A stretch of 55,280 nt of DNA, counting the filler, from Platydemus manokwari (lineage: Eukaryota): the NCBI GenBank assembly GCA_037951405.1. It is 5 parts of 5 records of this genome, joined end to end, with 100 filler letters (N's around TTAATTAATTAA, not from the genome) between each part and the next. Parts side by side here need not be neighbours in the genome. Positions count along the whole stretch, not along the records: positions 44,396 to 55,280 come from JBBMOY011089965.1; 4 more parts are not named here. One strand, 5' to 3'. Position 1 is the stretch's first letter. Each line of letters opens with the position of its first letter. The position numbers were made by a program, and so were the translations under genes. Under the pieces are notes generated by a model that saw nothing but the letters and a program-made list of their open reading frames with translations, was not told where the DNA came from and searched no databases. Positions 50,401 to 55,280 of this stretch are shown here, one piece after another.

Positions 50401-53400
50401 GTTTATATTCAAATATAAGACATAATATTTATCACTGATTAAGTTTGAGGATCGTTACAAAAGCCGTGTAAAGAATTGGCATAACATAAAACATTGATTT
50501 AATAACTGATGGTCAAACAACATTATGTTGTCTTCTAAGCTTTTACATAAACCAACCAGTTGGGCAAATAACGAATTAAATGAATGTCGAATGAAAAACA
50601 GTCATCAATATTTTTGGCATACCATTCCAATGCAAAAATGTTAATCTATAATTTTTCTGAATAATTCATTTCATAATTTTTTAAATGAGATGGTCCAAAA
50701 AACTTTAACAACTACTTGGGATGATACAAATGCTGTGAAAGACACATATTTCTGGGTACAGGACTATGATTACAATAGGCGGTTTTAGTAGAAAGATCAA
50801 AACACAGTTTGAACCATTAAATATTTAATAAACGTTTTACCATTTTTGTCTATCTCATTCCTATAATGATGTATACAATCTATATTTCAAATGCCTCTAT
50901 CTAACTGATTTCAGTTTTCGAGGCATGTACATCGTTAACATTTTGCATAATACTTTTTTATCAGGCACTATGAAATTATTATTCATAATTTTAGTATATT
51001 GTATTTTTGTTCCTAAATTCTGAATCGGCAATAGTCACGTCTTGTGTTGGTAGTTCTTCTTTTTGGTAGAATTTCCATAAACAATTTTCATAAAAACGAA
51101 CAATAGACAGATGCTAAGCGAAAAGCCAAGAAGTTGCCAATCAAAACCTTTCGGTTTGATAAAGTAAAGGTCTGGATTCTAGAACATTATCAATAAATTC
51201 AAATCTAACAAGAGTCACCAACTTAACAGATTTTAGTCTATAAAATGAACTTACTCAAATTTCGTTAGCCATGTAAGTCGGCAATGAACTTGTGTAAATT
51301 TTTATCGATTTTACTATAACTTTGAGATGACGGATCTCTTTTAAATAGTGATTTGAACATGATCCTTTCGAGTTTCATTTGTTTCAGTGCAAATGAAAAT
51401 AAAGTTTTATCCGTATCAAACTTGCGTTCTCTATTACTCAACATATGTCATGAATTGGTAAGGATATGTTAATCTATAATTTCGAAAATTTATTTTAAAA
51501 TTTATATATAATTTATTATTATGCATGATTCGATGTTTCGAGTTTTTGATACATCAAATATATGAATCATAAATTTAAGAATTTAAACTTTCCTTGGCTC
51601 GTTCGTGTCTAAGACAACACTAAATTTGATAATAAAGTTTCCTCAAATACTTTTATTGAATTAATACATTTAGGCCACTCATCTCACAAATGCCAATTTA
51701 TAACACAGAAATGTCTGAATTACTATTTGACTACAACTAGAATTAGTAAAACTCGATAAAAGTTTGCACGGGAAACAAAACAATATCAACTCCATTATGG
51801 GTATAGAAGACTCCTTTAAAATTTCCTGCCTTTCTCAATTTGTTAGTCTCTTTCTCAATAGTTAGGAATGATATCAATATGTTCAATGTAGTGATAAATA
51901 TTCCGTGAAATAGAATAACGATACGATTAAATTCAAATGCAAGATTTTAATCTGATATGATAACCACTTTATATATTTAGATGTTATCAAAGTCGTCAGG
52001 AAGTTTCAATTATTAGTTTAACTAACTTGACATTTGTCAGTATAAAGATTATGTATTAAAATTTGTAAAATTCGATAATAAAAATGCTGTTCAAACTATA
52101 TTTACCAAAAAAATATACAAATTAAAAAAAATATAAGAAAAATGATAATAAACAATAAATTAAGACAATACACTTTTTCCTATTATTAAATTTGTTGGTC
52201 TATTTATATCGGTTGCGATCTTCGTTCCGCTGAGACTTTGTTGTCACACATGGGTCTAAAAATAGTCGCAATAGTTATAACTAATATAATATAATATATA
52301 TAATATTATAATTCAAATTAGATTACGATTAATAATTTAAAAAATATTTTTAATTGATCACATAAAAATATTTAATATTTGTATTTATAAAATGGTCTTC
52401 CTCGCACCATTATTGTAACCTCTCAAATTGGTTAAAAATCCATTTTTAAAATTTAAAATAAAAATTTGTGTGCATTTTAATTTTAATTTTTGTTGTAATT
52501 TTAATTTTTAAAAAATGTTGAAAATAATCGAATATTTATTTGAAAAGGATGTAATATAGAAATATATTATTCGTGTGTTAGAATCATGACTTTTGAATTC
52601 AACATGAAAAATGAAGAAGTATTAGCAACTAACAGTCTGTCAATGCTTTGCGTCTTTATGCATGAAAGTCATTTACTAAGTTACTAAGTTTATTCTGTTT
52701 CTTTTGTCAACACCAAAGCCTAATTTATTGGGAACTGACTTTTATAAATCCCGTCTAAATCTTCCCGACAATTTTTTGATAATCAATATTATCAGCCTTC
52801 TCATTTAATACATCCAGTTAGTTATACTTCAATCTAAAACTTGTAAATAATCAATAAAATCAGGAAAATTTGCAAACATTTTTAAATATTATCATTTGTT
52901 TTTTCAAAAATTCAAAACTTTCTCTGCAATTATTATAATTTTATCAAAAATTCACATTCTGTAATTAATTATGCACTTTTCAATCAATTTTCTCAAAGAT
53001 CAATCCATCTAGGTGTATCAATAATATGCGAATGCAATTATAAGTAATTATATTCGACAACTGATGATTAGAATAAACGTTAATGATTAATTATGAAGTT
53101 GAGAGAACCACAAAATAAATAAATATAATTTTTTTGCTATGGACAGCATAAATACTGGAAGTTTTTGAACACTAAACACCCTTACCAAGCTTATCTAACT
53201 TTCAGTTTGAAAAACTTCACATCTCGATTAGGTTTAATTATTTTATCGTGAAAATCGATGAACTGGGAAGCTAAAGCATTATTCAAGAATCATTTCTCTT
53301 TACCTCTTTAGTTTGATTATAGTTGATTACGGAAATACAATCAGCACTTGCACTTTAATTTTTAAAATAATATTAAAGAAATTTGCCGATTTGTTTGTTT

Positions 53401-53477
53401 TCTATTTCGGATTTTTAGATTTTAAAAATTAGGATTTCGTATTTAATAATTTCATTCTTAAAACTTTTTTGATTGAA

Positions 53478-55280
53478 AATTTTAACAAAAGCAACCAAAA
53501 TATTCACGGAAACCATGAGAATAACCCTCAAAGGGTCGATACACACAAATTCGACAAGTACATATGGGAATAGCTAATCATATTCTTCCTATAAATCAAT
53601 CAATGTGTTAGGTATTAACTAACAATAAAATCTAAAATTTATAATTTAAATTACAAGAATCATAGGCCTGACTTGTCAATAAATACGATTAAATTCGAAT
53701 TAAAACACAATAGTTAATTACTAATCAAGACGAGATAGGCACCTGAAAACCAGATACAGAATAGAAAACAAGCAAAAAGGCTGACGGTCGGAAAAATGAT
53801 TACTCAACCAAATACTTAATATCCTCTAAGAATAAGATCAATCCCATGGATCAGCAACTAATAAATCACAGGATATCATCACCGAAACCAGCTGTAAGTC
53901 AAACGCTAAATAAGATGGGCTAAAATACGATCCCCAGACCACAATCTCTGGACCAAAACTAAAAAAGATCGAAGTTATCAATAAAACCACAAAAGGCAAA
54001 ACCAATAAAATTGATCATACGAGACCATCTACTATAGCCAGAACCAAATCAAAGACAATGACTCCTCCCGGAACAGAGACAATTCTCCCAGCAAAACAGG
54101 TCGCAAACAAAATCAAAAGGATCTGATACATAGGACTTTAAAGATCGTCATGAACTCAGACAATTCGATACCAATAAATATATACGCAAAAAATTAAAAG
54201 AATGGAATGCCGTACGTTACCAAATTTCAAAAATTGATTGTAAAAGTGATTGGATTTCGAGCCCAAGCCTTGAAAACACCAGATAACAATATAATTGAAT
54301 CATGTTTTCCAGTTAGAGAAACCGACTCAAAACAATTCAAATGAGATGAACCTACTGGATTAAAGTCAAAACCTGTCTCTATAAAAGAATATTAAAGTTG
54401 AATCCCCAGAAGTCAAAGACAATAGTGAGTCGATTTTAAACAATATTGACGTAGATGCGACCACTAAAATTACCAATTACCAAACTAAAATCTTCGGTTA
54501 AGCCAACATTGCGAAAGACCGACTATTGTCCACTGACAGACATTACAGTTCAAAGTACCGCCAACTTTAAACATTTTGAGCAAGAAATCAAGGCAAAATA
54601 GCCATCCGCCTTTGGACAATCGAAAAATATCACAAAAGATTCGCCAACTATCATATCCGATATTAAAAAGAACACTAGGACTCAACAGAAAACTCAGCGA
54701 ATCTCTGACAACAATGACTCTTCTCAGTCAAGGAACAGTTAAAGCTAAACTCAAAAAACAAAATCAGAGCAACTTTTAATAAGCAAGAGGTTTCGGCAAA
54801 GGAACAAAGATCTCTACCAGCCCGATGTTGACAGTGACTCTGACATAGCGACGAGAATGATGACAATTCCAGAGATTATGACCACGATCCGAATACATAT
54901 GCTGATATTTTTTATTCATGAATGAGGTTCTAGGAGTATATCAACAACAAATTAAGAGACCAGGTGTGATCTTTAGAGTTGATCTCCAGAAAAACTCCAC
55001 CTATCACGATAAGCAATGTTTATAAATAAATATTAGTTATTGATTCGATGCATACATAGTCGATAAGGACGCGTACCAATAGCCAATCAGATGCCTCCAA
55101 AATACCAATACATAAATAGAGTTATTTCATCAATTGGTACACATCAACAACAGTCAACAAACACCAAGATAAGCCAATGGTAAAGAGTTAGAAGAGAGTC
55201 AACAAACAAACTACTGAGCAGACTGTTTCAACAAATAAAAAAGGTGAAATCAACTGGTTTTTTGGTACATATCTCATGAT
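53478..55280 (+). mobile_element. Degenerate A/C-rich transposon-like sequence (possibly a retroelement)
   Basis: Strong strand asymmetry and broken reading frames; the 5' part is shared with 27205-27316. No diagnostic catalytic motif identified. Confidence 0.35.

Noticed and set aside
1-55280. CRISPR arrays, operons, prokaryotic defence systems, rRNA or tRNA genes
   Set aside because: The DNA is eukaryotic; no regularly spaced repeats or recognisable structural RNA genes seen.

Overview
This is not a prokaryotic region. It is very AT-rich animal DNA with spliceosomal GT-AG introns, many only 45-57 nt, and abundant mariner debris. The pattern fits a freshwater planarian or similar invertebrate (inference only). 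The window is five contigs joined by an artificial 100-nt spacer (44 N + TTAATTAATTAA + 44 N): 1-10075, 10176-24007, 24108-33360, 33461-44295 and 44396-55280. Manual splicing recovers several genes: the C-terminal part of a myosin-phosphatase targeting subunit (MYPT/PPP1R12-like, 8 exons, minus); an intronless DRC9/IQCG-like ciliary gene; a small secreted His/Tyr/Arg-rich protein; the middle of a WDR81-like gene; a 5' acid-lipase fragment on the opposite strand; two exons of a non-alpha Cys-loop (nAChR-like) channel; the first three exons of an SLC5 Na+/sugar cotransporter; and an intronless 426-aa orphan ORF. The lipase, the SLC5 gene and several exons are invisible in the ORF track. The window also holds mariner, hAT and LTR-like remnants and microsatellites. 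I see no coherent multi-gene novel system. The most interesting items are the His-rich secreted protein, the orphan ORF, the divergent Cys-loop receptor and the splicing or nesting oddities.
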